Shown piece by piece: positions 35,912-45,648 of a DNA stretch of 50,313 bases (the stretch's first letter is position 1; each line of letters opens with the position of its first letter). Source of the DNA: Gemmatimonadaceae bacterium (GTDB lineage Bacteria; Gemmatimonadota; Gemmatimonadetes; Gemmatimonadales; Gemmatimonadaceae); NCBI GenBank assembly GCA_041743285.1, contig JBGTNB010000304.1, positions 1 through 50,313 of the forward strand, in the 5' to 3' direction. A program made the translations under genes and the position numbers. The notes beneath the pieces are model-generated. The model worked only from the letters and a program-made list of their open reading frames with translations. It did not search any database and was not told the origin of the DNA.

Positions 35912-36862
35912 ATGCAACTGCTCGGACTGCACCACGTCACCGCCATCTCGGCGCGTATTCGAGAGAATCACCGCTTCTACACAAAGACGCTTGGAATGCG
36001 GTTGGTAAAGCGTTCGGTAAACCAGGACGACGTGAGCGCGTACCACCTCTTTTACGCAGATGCGAAGGGGACGCCGGGAACCGATCTCACGTTCTTCGAC
36101 TGGCCGGTGCAGCCCGAGCGCCGGGGCACCCGGTCCATTACGCGAACTCATCTGCGCGTCAACGGGCTGAAAACGCTCGAGTGGTGGCGCCAACATCTGC
36201 CAGAACAAAATGTGCGAACCGGCGAGATCGTCGAGCGGGACGGCCGCCTGACGCTGGACTTCGAGGATGGAGAAGGGCAGCGCCTGTCGCTCATCGATGA
36301 TGGCGGTGCCGGTGAGTCGCAACCATGGTCGAAGAGTCCGGTACCCTCGGAGCATCAGGTGCGCGGTCTCGGACCGATCGTGCTCAGTGTGCCACTGCTT
36401 CGGCCGACCGACGTGATGCTTCAGCGAGCCGTCGCGATGAGTCCAGTACGCCAGTACGAGCATCCAGAGCATGCCGGGCATCAGATCCATGTCTATGAAA
36501 TGGGTGCCGGCGGTCCGCACGCCGAGGTCCACGTGGCGGTGCTCCCCGATCTGCCAGCGGCAGCGCAGGGCGCGGGCGGCGTGCACCATGTCGCTTTCCG
36601 GACCCCGACATTCGAGGAGTACGAGGCGTGGGTGGATCGGCTGGCCGAGCTCAAGGTGCCTAACAGCGGGCCGGTGGACCGTTACTGGTTCCGGAGCCTG
36701 TACTTTCGCGAGCCGAACGGGATTCTGTTCGAGATCGCTACCGACGGGCCCGGATTCGGTGTGGACGAGGATGAGGAGACGCTCGGCGAGAAGGTAGTGC
36801 TGGCGCCCTTTCTCGAGCCGGATCGTGAGCGAATCGTAGCCAACCTCGTGCCTATCGAGTGA
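35912..36862 (+). CDS. Ring-cleaving dioxygenase / two-domain VOC family protein (MhqO-like)
   Basis: N-terminus LGLHHVTAISARIRENHRFYTKTLGMRLVKRSVNQDD..YHLFYAD, with a second VOC repeat containing GGVHHVAFR. Confidence 0.75.
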   Translation: MQLLGLHHVTAISARIRENHRFYTKTLGMRLVKRSVNQDDVSAYHLFYADAKGTPGTDLTFFDWPVQPERRGTRSITRTHLRVNGLKTLEWWRQHLPEQNVRTGEIVERDGRLTLDFEDGEGQRLSLIDDGGAGESQPWSKSPVPSEHQVRGLGPIVLSVPLLRPTDVMLQRAVAMSPVRQYEHPEHAGHQIHVYEMGAGGPHAEVHVAVLPDLPAAAQGAGGVHHVAFRTPTFEEYEAWVDRLAELKVPNSGPVDRYWFRSLYFREPNGILFEIATDGPGFGVDEDEETLGEKVVLAPFLEPDRERIVANLVPIE

Positions 36863-36915
36863 TAAACGCGCGAAGTACCGCTGGCGGCCATTCGTCTCGT
36901 GTCTCTCTGACGAGG

Positions 36916-37278
36916 ATGCTCGCACGCGCGGCGCTGCTGCGGTGTCCAAGTTGTGGCGGGAACGGTATCCTGCGCCACTGGTTCAAGATGAGTGACGCCT
37001 GTCCGACCTGCGGCCTCACGCTCGATCGCGGAGAGTCGTCGGACTTCTGGCTGGGTGCGTATGCCTTGAACCTGGTGGTTGCCGAATTGATCACCGTCAT
37101 CGCTATCGTAGTGCGGATAGTGAGCGCGTGGCCGGACGTTCCATGGACGGCGGTGCAGTGGGTGGCGGTGATTCTCGCCGGGGGGATGCCTTTGCTGTTC
37201 TTTCCATTCGCCCGGACGGTATGGCTCGCTTTCGATCTTGGCATACGAAGGTCGGAGCCGGGCGATGTTCGGCGATAA
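36916..37278 (+). CDS. DUF983 family zinc-ribbon membrane protein
   Basis: CPSCGGNGIL..CPTCGL zinc ribbon followed by two hydrophobic helices. The ORF is open from GTG at 36859 (GTGA overlap with the dioxygenase), so the start is ambiguous. Confidence 0.6.
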   Translation: MLARAALLRCPSCGGNGILRHWFKMSDACPTCGLTLDRGESSDFWLGAYALNLVVAELITVIAIVVRIVSAWPDVPWTAVQWVAVILAGGMPLLFFPFARTVWLAFDLGIRRSEPGDVRR

Positions 37279-37586
37279 TTGCTGTCGGTCGTTCGCGATT
37301 CTGGCGGCGTGCGACATTCGAGGATTGCAACTGCTTTTCTACCGCGGAGGGCGCGGAGGCGCGCAGAGGGCTGCCGAGGAACTAGTGCGAGGGGGTACGA
37401 CCCGTGAGGCGTCAGGGTTTCTCTGCGTGTTTTTTTCACCACGGAGGACACAGAGGGCACAGAGGACAACAGAAAAATGAACATCAGGAAGAAACTTGCA
37501 AAACGGATACAACAATAGGACAGCTTCGTTCACGCGTGTGTAGCTAGGCACAGAATTAATCACCTCTGTGTCCTCTGTGTCCTCTG

Positions 37587-39564
37587 GTGCGTCAGGCCAA
37601 GCCTGACTGCTCTTGTGAAATGAAAGGAGTTCACCATGTGAAATGCCTATGACACATGTAGCAGCGCAGGCGGCGTTGCCGAGCAATCGGCGGGTCGAAG
37701 CCCTGCAATGCGAAGCGGTGAGCCGTAACGCGAGTGAACTCTCGTAGGCCTCGAAACACTAAGATGGAAGCGGCCAGCCCGCCAGAGAGGGTGAAGCCAG
37801 AACAGGCGATGGGAACATAGGCGAACAGTTGCCTGGCTTCCCGGGGTAAAGAGAGACGGCGCGTCGCGAGAGAGAAGTCGAGGAACCTGAGAGACCCGGC
37901 GTGCTTGGGGTCGTACCTCTGCAGGTGAGGATCGGAATGCATAACGGTTCGCGCTGCACGGCCGGGAGTCGGAGGGGGAGGTAGTAGCGGGGAAGCGTCG
38001 TAACGGACGTGGAGCGAAGCTCCCCTGCCGACAGAATGCGGAGTCAGAAACGTGGAGAGCCGATTGCGGAGAAAACCCGCCACGACGGAAGAATCGATGC
38101 CAGTGCAAATGCCCAAGGCCTTCGTGGTCAACGGCAAGCGCCTGCCCGTGAACCTCTTCACGCTGAGACAGAAGCTCTACGAGAAAGCGAAGCGAGAGCC
38201 GACGTTCCGGTTTTACACGCTGTATGGCCTGATCGCTCGGCTCGACGTGCTTGAGGCAGCTTGGGTCCTGGTCGCCGATAACGGCGGCGCGCCAGGGGTG
38301 GATGGGGTCACGATCGAGGAGATTGAGGCCACACCCAGCGGAGTGACAACACTGGTGGCGACATTGCGTCAGGAGTTGCTCACGAAGCAGTACAAGCCAC
38401 AGGCGGTGCGCCGGGTATTCATCCTTAAGGACAATGGCAAACGACGGCCGCTCGGAATCCCGACGGTTCGGGACCGAGTGGTGCAGGCGGCGGCTCGCCT
38501 CATCCTGGAACCGATCTTTGAAGCGGACTTCCTGGATGCGTCGTATGGCTATCGTCCGGGTCGAAAGGCCCACGAGGCGCTCGCCGCGATCGAGCGCAAC
38601 GTGAAGGAGGGATACGCGGAGATTTACGATGCAGACCTGCAAGCCTATTTCGACACGATCCCGCACGACAAACTGTTGCAGTGTGTCGAGCGGCGGGTGG
38701 CAGACCGATCGGTGCTGCGCCTGCTCCGTCAGTGGCTGGAAGCGCTGGTGGAGGATCGTGACGAGAACGGACGGCCGAAGCGGAGCCGCCCGACCCAAGG
38801 GATCGGGACGCCACAGGGCGGAGTGATTTCCCCCCTGTTGGCGAATCTGTACCTGCACTGGTTCGATGTGAGGTTTCATCGGCAGCACGGTCCAGGCACG
38901 TGGGCGAAAGCCCGGCTGGTCCGCTACGCCGACGACTTCGTGATCATGGCGAAGTACATCGGGGATCGAATACCGGCGTGGGTGGAGGCAACGACCGAAG
39001 GGTGGCTTGGCCTTACGATCAATCGCGAGAAGACCCGGATCGTGCGGCTCGGACCGGAACACGGAGAGGGAACGGAGCGACTCGACTTTCTCGGCTACAC
39101 GTTTCGGTATGACTGGGATCGCTATGGGCGAGGGACGCGCTACTTCACGGCGGTTCCCTCGGCCAAAGCGCTCGCTCGGATGCAAGACGAACTACGGGCA
39201 CTGATCAGCAGTCGGCAGAACTACACACCGATACCGCACCTGATCAAGCGTGTGAATCGCAAGCTCCGAGGCTGGCAGAACTACTTCAGCTTTGGCCATC
39301 CGCGAGGTGCCTACCGAGTGATGAATGCCTTCGTAATCGCTAGACTGACGCGCCACCTACAACGTCGGAGTCAACGCCCCTGCTGTCCGCCGGCAGACAT
39401 GTCGTGGTATGGCTTCATCACCGGTCAACTGGGATTGCAGCCGCTCACGATGCGTGCAGCTCCTCGATAGTGCTCTTGTGAATCTGTCGGGAAAGCCGGA
39501 TGCGGGAAATCCGCCAGTCCGGTTTGACGAGGGGGACCTAACTTCGGTTAGGTCCCTACTCTAC
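37587..39564 (+). mobile_element. Complete group II intron (1978 nt), endonuclease-less, class C-like by insertion behaviour
   Basis: GTGCG at 37587-37591. Domain V-like AAGCCGGATGCGGGAAATCCGCCAGTCCGGTTT at 39493-39525 (AGC triad, GAAA loop). Domain VI-like GGGACCTAAC-TTCG-GTTAGGTCCC at 39533-39556, with an unpaired A at 39558, 7th nt from the 3-prime end (..CTAC at 39564). Removing the segment restores the sequence seen at 438-449. Confidence 0.85.
38052..39470 (+). CDS. Group II intron reverse transcriptase/maturase (no HNH endonuclease domain)
   Basis: RPLGIPTVRDRVVQ, YADDFVIM (YxDD) and the maturase X region RGWQNYFSFG. The C-terminus has no CxxC/HNH. An alternative ATG lies at 38097. 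Confidence 0.9.
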   Translation: MESRLRRKPATTEESMPVQMPKAFVVNGKRLPVNLFTLRQKLYEKAKREPTFRFYTLYGLIARLDVLEAAWVLVADNGGAPGVDGVTIEEIEATPSGVTTLVATLRQELLTKQYKPQAVRRVFILKDNGKRRPLGIPTVRDRVVQAAARLILEPIFEADFLDASYGYRPGRKAHEALAAIERNVKEGYAEIYDADLQAYFDTIPHDKLLQCVERRVADRSVLRLLRQWLEALVEDRDENGRPKRSRPTQGIGTPQGGVISPLLANLYLHWFDVRFHRQHGPGTWAKARLVRYADDFVIMAKYIGDRIPAWVEATTEGWLGLTINREKTRIVRLGPEHGEGTERLDFLGYTFRYDWDRYGRGTRYFTAVPSAKALARMQDELRALISSRQNYTPIPHLIKRVNRKLRGWQNYFSFGHPRGAYRVMNAFVIARLTRHLQRRSQRPCCPPADMSWYGFITGQLGLQPLTMRAAPR

Positions 39565-39780
39565 TGGTCAATTCGTTTTGCTTCCTTTCCCTGTTCATTG
39601 TCTTTCTCGTCCGTCGTCGTCTCCCCGCTCCTGCCCTCTGCGCTCCTCTGCGCACCCTGCGGTGAAGATTGCGGAGACTGGGCTGCAGCGAATCGAGTTC
39701 GGCGGTATCCAGACACAGTTAGACAGGCAGATTGATGGCCGGTTGGCCTTGACGGCCCGTCCGTTCGTCTGAAATGCAAT

Positions 39781-39810
39781 AGCGGCCGTACGCAATCGCG
39801 TACGGCCGCT
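39781..39810. terminator. Perfect GC-rich stem-loop downstream of the outer-membrane protein gene
   Basis: AGCGGCCGTACGC-AATC-GCGTACGGCCGCT has a 13-bp stem. The T-tract is weak in both directions. Confidence 0.45.
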
Positions 39811-39869
39811 GTGTTGCTGCTGGCGGACGAAAACGGAAACTGCCCGTCATCGCCCAGACCCGACCATCG

Positions 39870-40394
39870 TTAGAACGTGATGCCGATGCTGATCGGGGTG
39901 GTGGACATGGTGCCACCTTCGGTGCTGATCGCATGATAGCGGGCCTCGGCGAACATCTTGGCCGCCATCAGGTTGAAGCGGAATCCAGCGCCGGCGTTCC
40001 AGCCGATGTCACCAACGCGCTCGGCGTCAGGCACTTCGGCCTTTGACCAGTAGTATCCACCGCCAGCCATTGCGTACAGCTTGGCCGGTCCGATCGGCAC
40101 GATGTCGTAACCGAGCGCCGCCGTGGCGCCGATGGTGGACATATCCAGGTTGCCGCTCGCGAGCGGCAGGCGGCTGTACAGCCCGTCGACACGGACGTGC
40201 ACCGGCAGTGCAAGCAGTCCGGCGCGAACGCCAACTAATCCGTGGTAACCCTGGCTCGTCGCGTCGGCAAGTTCACCGGTCGGCAGGGTAAGACCGCCGC
40301 CGATGTTCAGCGACATCTGGGCCTGCGCCGGGGCGGCCGCAAGCGCGGCAGCGAAAGAGAGCCCGAGCGCAACGGCACGATGACAACGCTGCAT
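39870..40394 (-). CDS. Small outer-membrane beta-barrel protein (OmpW/OmpX-like)
   Basis: Signal peptide ..ALAAAPAQA, alternating beta-strand pattern, and a C-terminal ..ISIGITF ending in aromatic F. Confidence 0.65.
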   Translation of the reverse strand: MQRCHRAVALGLSFAAALAAAPAQAQMSLNIGGGLTLPTGELADATSQGYHGLVGVRAGLLALPVHVRVDGLYSRLPLASGNLDMSTIGATAALGYDIVPIGPAKLYAMAGGGYYWSKAEVPDAERVGDIGWNAGAGFRFNLMAAKMFAEARYHAISTEGGTMSTTPISIGITF

Positions 40395-40691
40395 AACTCA
40401 TCCTCCTGAGAGGTATCGTGTTTGACGGCGCGACCGCGGCCCGATTCGACTATCGAACCCGTTGCCCGATCCGCCCTGGCCGCCGCGCCCGAAGGGGCGG
40501 TGGCAAGCCACCAAATCGACGAACGGACTCAGCCGGAGGCAACGCGACCCGATTCACAACCGTTTCGGCAGTGGGGCTGAACTCACTTGCGTTTGTCAGG
40601 GCGTAAGGCGAAGTCTCCTGTTAGTGGCCAATCGACGCAGCTAAAAAAGCATTTTTTCGCACCACCTCTGTAAACATTTGAAACAGTCGTC

Positions 40692-41600
40692 ATGACCGAA
40701 ATCCTGACTTGGCCGGCGCTTCCGTACGATGAATGGCGCGAGAGCCATGAAACGCTGCACATGTGGACACAGATCGTAGGCAAGATCCGGCTGGCCAAGG
40801 CGCCGCCGTTGAACCACTGGTGGCACACCACGCTCAGCATAACGCCGCGCGGACTTGCCACGTCGGCGATTCCCCACGGGACGCGGAGCTTCGAGATCAC
40901 ATTTGATTTCATCGATCACGTCTTGCTGATCGAGGTGAGCGACGGCGCCGAGCGAAGAATTCAACTGGCGCCCCGCACCACTGCCGACTTTTACTTCGAA
41001 GTAATGGCACGTCTCGACGAACTGGGGATTCCCGTGACAGTCTGGCCTCGTCCGGTGGAGGTAGAAACTCCTATACGGTTCGATGAGGACCATGTGCATC
41101 AGTCGTATGATTCAGCCCAGGTCGAGCGGTTCCACGCTGCCCTCGTTCAAGCGGACCGAGCGCTGCAGCGCTTTCGCGGCCAGTTCATTGGAAAGTCGAG
41201 CCCCGTTCACTTCTTTTGGGGTGCATTCGACGTAGCGCTCACCCGATTTTCCGGCCGGCGGGCACCGGAGCATCCAGGGGGCGCTCCAAACGTGGGCCGC
41301 CATGTGATGGTCGAGGCCTACTCGCACGAAGTCGCGAGCTTTGGCTGGTGGCCGGGAAGTGCCGCGTATCCGGAGCCCGCCTTCTATGCTTACGCGTATC
41401 CGGAGCCGGCAGGCTTCAGTAGAGCGAAGGTAAGACCGGTTGCGGCGCAGTACCTTCAGGCTTTGGGTGAGTTCGTGCTTCCGTATGAGGCCGTACGTCT
41501 CGCCCCCGATCCGGACGCGGCAGTACTGACATTCTGTTCAGACGTGTACGAGGCAGCTGCCGATCTGGGAATGTGGAATCGTCAGGCGCTGGAACGGTGA
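40692..41600 (+). CDS. DUF5996-like protein
   Basis: N-terminus WPALPYDEWRESHETLHMWTQIVGKIRL matches my memory of DUF5996. The 302-aa ORF is intact. Confidence 0.5.
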   Translation: MTEILTWPALPYDEWRESHETLHMWTQIVGKIRLAKAPPLNHWWHTTLSITPRGLATSAIPHGTRSFEITFDFIDHVLLIEVSDGAERRIQLAPRTTADFYFEVMARLDELGIPVTVWPRPVEVETPIRFDEDHVHQSYDSAQVERFHAALVQADRALQRFRGQFIGKSSPVHFFWGAFDVALTRFSGRRAPEHPGGAPNVGRHVMVEAYSHEVASFGWWPGSAAYPEPAFYAYAYPEPAGFSRAKVRPVAAQYLQALGEFVLPYEAVRLAPDPDAAVLTFCSDVYEAAADLGMWNRQALER

Positions 41601-41867
41601 CCCGGCACCGCTAGCCTTTCGAACTCGAGCGACGGCAAGGCCGTCAAGGATCTGGTGGCATGCTTTGCAGCATCGGGAAGAATGCGGCGCGTCGAGCACG
41701 CTTCGCCTCGATCATCGTCGGCGTCGCCATAGGCGGGTGCGCGACGACGACCGGAGCTCCGCCGGCCGACGCCTCGCCTGACGATCCGCCGGCTCTTTCC
41801 GCGATTTCACAGGAGGATCTGCGCCGGGACCTGTTCGTGCTAGCCAGTCAGGCAATGCGTGGCCGCG
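41263..41867 (+). repeat. Direct repeat A (605 nt): 3-prime part of the DUF5996 gene, the intergenic region, and the first 208 nt of the M28 gene
   Basis: Aligns colinearly with 45649-46252, with roughly 25 substitutions and one 1-nt indel counted by eye. Confidence 0.85.
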
Positions 41868-41979
41868 CTGGCCAAGGCGCCGCCGTTGAACCACTGGTGG
41901 CATACGGCGCTCAGCATAACGCCGCGCGGACTTGCCACGTCGGCAATTCCCCACGGAAAGCGGAGCTTCGAGATCACAT
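41660..41979 (+). pseudogene. Truncated M28 peptidase N-terminus fused to an out-of-context DUF5996 gene fragment
   Basis: 41660-41867 duplicates 46045-46252. At 41868 the sequence switches to a ~94 percent copy of 40791-40902. The resulting 126-aa ORF is chimeric. Confidence 0.8.
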
Positions 41980-42146
41980 AGTCAGGAGCGCGTTCTCGCA
42001 AGAATTCGGGGCCCGTGGCGGCACCGGATTGGCCAGATAATGCTTTAGTGAGATTGGGTTTGCTTCGCAACGAGCATCGGGAAAGACACCGATTGACTGA
42101 ACAACGTTGCGAAAATTCTCATTGGCGCGTAATCGTCCTCCGGTTC

Positions 42147-42790
42147 TCACCTGACCGGTCGTACGTGAGCGTAAGGACCGTGCCCGGCGAAAGCCCAGCA
42201 CCGGCCAGCGACGCTCCCGGCGAGAATGGTGACGCCGACCTCGCGCATCCGGCGCACATCGCTTGCGCTGTTCGCGTAGGCTTCCTCGGCCGCCGCCGCG
42301 CGAGTCGACGACGTGTCGGTGGCGCGCTCGTCCACCTGCATGCGCCACCACTCCAACAGCCACGCCGACGCGTAAGTTGTGCGCTCATCGAGACGGATCG
42401 CGTCGCCGCTTAAGATCGCGCGAGCGGCGGAGTCGCCCAAAAGCATCACCGCCCGCGACACGGTGAGCGTCGGCGTGTACCACGCGCCGTTGTCGACGAA
42501 CTTGCGGTACACCGGTCGCGGGAGGCCTCGCAGAGGCGGTAGCGTGGCGTAGAACGCCTCGGCACTGCCAAAGTTCCTGATCTTCACAAAGTCCACGCGC
42601 AGCTACTCGAGTGAGCCGACCGTCGTTCCTGCCTCGAACGAGTCGCCGATGCCCATGCGGTAGGGGAACACTCAAAGCGCGAGCCGCCGGTCGCCGCTGG
42701 CGCTGCGCTCCACCACGTCCAGCCTTCCCGACCCGCCTCCGCCACGCCCTTTGTGTAACGATTTAGACTGACTACCAGGTTCACTAACCT
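42147..42790 (-). pseudogene. Amidohydrolase-family gene remnant
   Basis: Contains VDFVKI.., ..WYTPTLTV.. and ..DVRRMREVGVTILAGS, resembling metal-dependent amidohydrolases. In-frame stops lie upstream (..GSLE* and ..L*), the frame is lost after AGS, and no His ligands are visible. Confidence 0.5.
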
Positions 42791-42859
42791 CGCATAGCTG
42801 GATTTTAGGGTTACATTTGTTTACCGCCTACCTCCCACTGTTCTACTGCCTGTCGACGT

Positions 42860-45001
42860 ATGCTCAGAAAGACAGCTTATTTACTCATTAGCGCCGCGTT
42901 GCTAGCCGCTTGCGACGAGCCGCCAACAAGTGTCCGCCCGCCAATCGACGGCGGCCCTCTGCCAGCGCCCTCCGCTCTCACAGTGCCGTCCGAGCCGCAA
43001 CGCGTGCAGTGGCGATTCAGGCTCGACGGCGACTACTCCCTCCATAGCCCGGGTGTCGGTGCCGACGGCACAGTGTACGTCAGCATGTCGAACGGGAAGC
43101 TGTACGCGATCGCTCCCGACGGCACCCAGCGCTGGGTTATCCAGACAGGACAGGGCGGCGGCGTATACGGGCCGGTCTCGGTCGGAAGCGACGGCACGAT
43201 CTACGTCGCTGGCTTGGTGGCCGACCCCAGCGGCGCCGGAAGCACCGGTGCCATTTTCGCAATTACCCCGAGCGGAGCCCAGAAATGGGTGTTCAACGCT
43301 ACGAAGGACCTAATCATCGCTGGACCAAACGTCGGTCCGGACGGCAACATCTACGCGGTTGTGGACTACGCCGGGATCGGGCTCTTCTCGCTCACTCCCC
43401 TGGGGCAGCTTCGCTTCAGCACCGGTAAATTCACTGAGGTTGGGGCGCTTGGCCAAGAGATCGCCTTCGGCTCCGGTCAGCTGTATTTCGCGTTCGATAT
43501 GGGAGGAACCGGCACCCCCTCTTCGCTCTTCGGTTACGGTCTGAACGGCGTTAAGCGCTTTCAGGTTGGCGGCCCCGGGAACCCTTCCCAGCCCTCCGTC
43601 GGTCCGAACGGCAACGTGGTAATCCAGACCTTCCCGTCGAACGTTGGCTGGAGCTTGGCCGCTTACTCTCCCGCAGGCGCGCAAGTGTGGAGCTTCTACG
43701 AGTTTCCAGGAAACACCGAGGAGCACCCTCATGTCGGGCCGGACAACGTCGCCTATACCGTCCGCAATCTCTCGACTCTGTTCGCGTTCAATCCAAACGG
43801 AACCGTGCGGTGGCGCTACGTCGACTCCGGAATCATGTTCCAGCCGAAGGTGCGCCCCCTTAATGATGTGGTCTTCGTGGGGGGCCGGATCGGCTATGGA
43901 CAGCCTGGTTTCTTCCTGGCCGTCAGCACTAGCGGCACTCCTCGGTGGCGGGTGGATCTTCCTGACGAGCCGGGCTTCGCGGAATACGGGCAACTGGTGC
44001 CTGATACACGGCCTGTTTTCTCGCCAGATGGGAACACCGCCTACGCCGTGGCCGGGGTACTGGGAGACAACAACAGCGCGAACCCGTACGCCTTCCTGTA
44101 CGCGATCACTATCGGCGGCTCTGGCGGCACGCCTCCGCCACCGCCACCTCCGGCGAACAATCAGCCCCCGATAGCGCAGGCAAATGGGCCCTACAGTGGC
44201 AATGAAGGAGCGGCCATCGCCTTTTCCAGCGCGGGCACGAGCGATCCGAACGGCGACGCGCTTAGCTACCTCTGGAACTTCGGCGACGGAACCACCTCCA
44301 CGCTCGCTAATCCGAGCAAGTCGTACAAGGACAACGGAAGCTATACCATCAAGCTAACCGTCACCGACCCATTCGGGGCGAGCGGCACGTCCAGCACCAC
44401 GGCGACTACCTCCAACGTCGCGCCCACCGCAACCTGGTCAGCGCCGTCATCCATCACAGAGGGCTCCACCTACTCGCTCCAGCTCCAGAATGGCGCCGAT
44501 GCCGGGAGCGCGGATATCTCGACGCTGCAATACCGGTTTGACTGCGGTCGGGGTGCCGGCTGGACGGCCTGGAGCACCACCAAAAGCTTATCTTGCGCCA
44601 AGCTTCTGGACCAGCTCACATACAAGCTCACTATCCGGGGCGAGATCCGCGACAAGGACGGCGGTGTCCGGAGCTATTCCAAGCTGATGGCCGTCACGAA
44701 CGCGCCGCCTGTGGTGCAGCTCAGAGCGACCACGGCGACAACGCTGAAGGTGGGAACGCCTCTCGGAGTTTCCGGCTGGTTCTCCGACAAGGGGGTGAAC
44801 GATATGCCGTGGAGGTATGCCGTCAGCTGGGGCGATGGGAGCGTGAGCACCACAGGCAGCAGAAATTTGCAGGGGAGTGCCAATACGATCACCGCGAGCC
44901 ACGCCTACTCCGCGGCCGGCACGTTCTATGTCAATCTCCGCATCACCGATAAGGACGGCACGGTTGGTACGAAGCGAATCACTGTCACGATAACGCCGTA
45001 G
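42860..45001 (+). CDS. Lipoprotein with PQQ-like beta-propeller repeats and C-terminal PKD domains
   Basis: Lipobox ALLAAC, repeated DGT(V/I)YV..G.LYAI.PDGT..W units, a PPPPPPP linker, and PKD signatures WNFGDGTTS..YTIKLTVTD and WGDGS..FYVNLRITDKDG. Confidence 0.75.
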   Translation: MLRKTAYLLISAALLAACDEPPTSVRPPIDGGPLPAPSALTVPSEPQRVQWRFRLDGDYSLHSPGVGADGTVYVSMSNGKLYAIAPDGTQRWVIQTGQGGGVYGPVSVGSDGTIYVAGLVADPSGAGSTGAIFAITPSGAQKWVFNATKDLIIAGPNVGPDGNIYAVVDYAGIGLFSLTPLGQLRFSTGKFTEVGALGQEIAFGSGQLYFAFDMGGTGTPSSLFGYGLNGVKRFQVGGPGNPSQPSVGPNGNVVIQTFPSNVGWSLAAYSPAGAQVWSFYEFPGNTEEHPHVGPDNVAYTVRNLSTLFAFNPNGTVRWRYVDSGIMFQPKVRPLNDVVFVGGRIGYGQPGFFLAVSTSGTPRWRVDLPDEPGFAEYGQLVPDTRPVFSPDGNTAYAVAGVLGDNNSANPYAFLYAITIGGSGGTPPPPPPPANNQPPIAQANGPYSGNEGAAIAFSSAGTSDPNGDALSYLWNFGDGTTSTLANPSKSYKDNGSYTIKLTVTDPFGASGTSSTTATTSNVAPTATWSAPSSITEGSTYSLQLQNGADAGSADISTLQYRFDCGRGAGWTAWSTTKSLSCAKLLDQLTYKLTIRGEIRDKDGGVRSYSKLMAVTNAPPVVQLRATTATTLKVGTPLGVSGWFSDKGVNDMPWRYAVSWGDGSVSTTGSRNLQGSANTITASHAYSAAGTFYVNLRITDKDGTVGTKRITVTITP

Positions 45002-45189
45002 CAGGCCTCGGCGATCGCGCTGCTCATCGCATCGCAGGCCTCGCCACGTACTGCCGGCGAGGCGTGCGACGACGGTAGACCCAATGGTGGCGTTGAGGAC
45101 GGAGTGAGTGGGGAATTGGAGAAGGGAGTGTGGCAGACTCCGCTCAAGGCGCGTGCAGCGACCGGCAACTGCAGCTCAAAGTGCTAATG

Positions 45190-45648
45190 CGTGGGCACTA
45201 GCTGGGATCCCACCGTTCCCGAAGACCCCTTCTCATCTTCTGACCCGATTCCGACCACGATGTCCCGCACAACTTTCATGGATGGCGGGCGTCTCGCGGG
45301 GTCTCTTTCAATCGCGGTGAATCACGCCTCGCGAGTGCGCGACCTCCAGCGCCTCGGCGATCTGACGAGCGATTGCGAGTGCTTCGGACAGCGGTAGCCG
45401 GCCCCGTGTCAGCGGCTGGGCGAGCGTTTCTCCTTCGACCAGCTCATGCACGAGAAAGTGGAGACCGTCAGCTTCCTCGAGGCGATAGATCGCTTCGATG
45501 TGCGGATGGTTGAGCGAGGCCAGAGCGAGCGCCGCTCTTTTCAGACGACACATGAGAGTCATGTCCTTTGCGACATTCGGTGGGACGAGCTTGATAGCGA
45601 CGTCGCGCTTGAGCCGCTGGTCGCAGGCCCGGTAGATGCTGCCGATTC
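45190..45648 (-). pseudogene. Ser/Thr protein kinase remnant (truncated at both ends, frameshifted)
   Basis: GGIGSIYRA..RDVAIKLV..LNHPHIEAIY..LVHELVEGETL..AHSRGVIHRD, then a stop. Downstream kinase-like pieces (MKVVRD..GTVGSQ) continue in other frames. The 5-prime end is cut within the G-loop at the repeat B junction. Confidence 0.7.

Larger units (their letters stand above)
37296..39663. repeat. Hairpin element, nested and intron-interrupted copy: outer GCGGAGG-type arms enclose the inner GAGGACACA-arm hairpin
   Basis: Outer arms 37341-37370 and 39634-39663 pair at 25 of 30 positions. The inner arms are 37438-37467 and 37561-37586 plus 39565-39568. The flanks and loop are homologous to 250-506. 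Confidence 0.8.

Noticed and set aside
35576-36949. 457-aa ORF on the minus strand
   Set aside because: It lies entirely antisense to the well-supported ring-cleaving dioxygenase gene. Its composition is R/P/H/A-rich with no recognisable motif. This is a typical shadow ORF of a high-GC gene.
37647-39185. 512-aa ORF on the minus strand
   Set aside because: It is antisense to the group II intron RT, which has clear YADD and maturase motifs. The composition is arginine/proline-rich and no domain is recognisable.
38052-39470. Retron or diversity-generating retroelement RT
   Set aside because: The ORF has the group II maturase X domain. It sits between GTGCG and a domain V/VI pair with exact exon restoration. 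No msr/msd-like or TR/VR repeats are seen nearby.
41660-42040. 126-aa ORF called in the track
   Set aside because: The first 69 codons duplicate the M28 peptidase N-terminus. The rest reads an out-of-frame copy of a DUF5996 gene fragment. This is a chimeric remnant, not a gene.
45038-45063. Stem-loop GCCTCGCC-N10-GGCGAGGC after the PQQ/PKD gene as a terminator
   Set aside because: It has only an 8-bp stem, a large loop and no T-tract. That is too weak to report as a feature.
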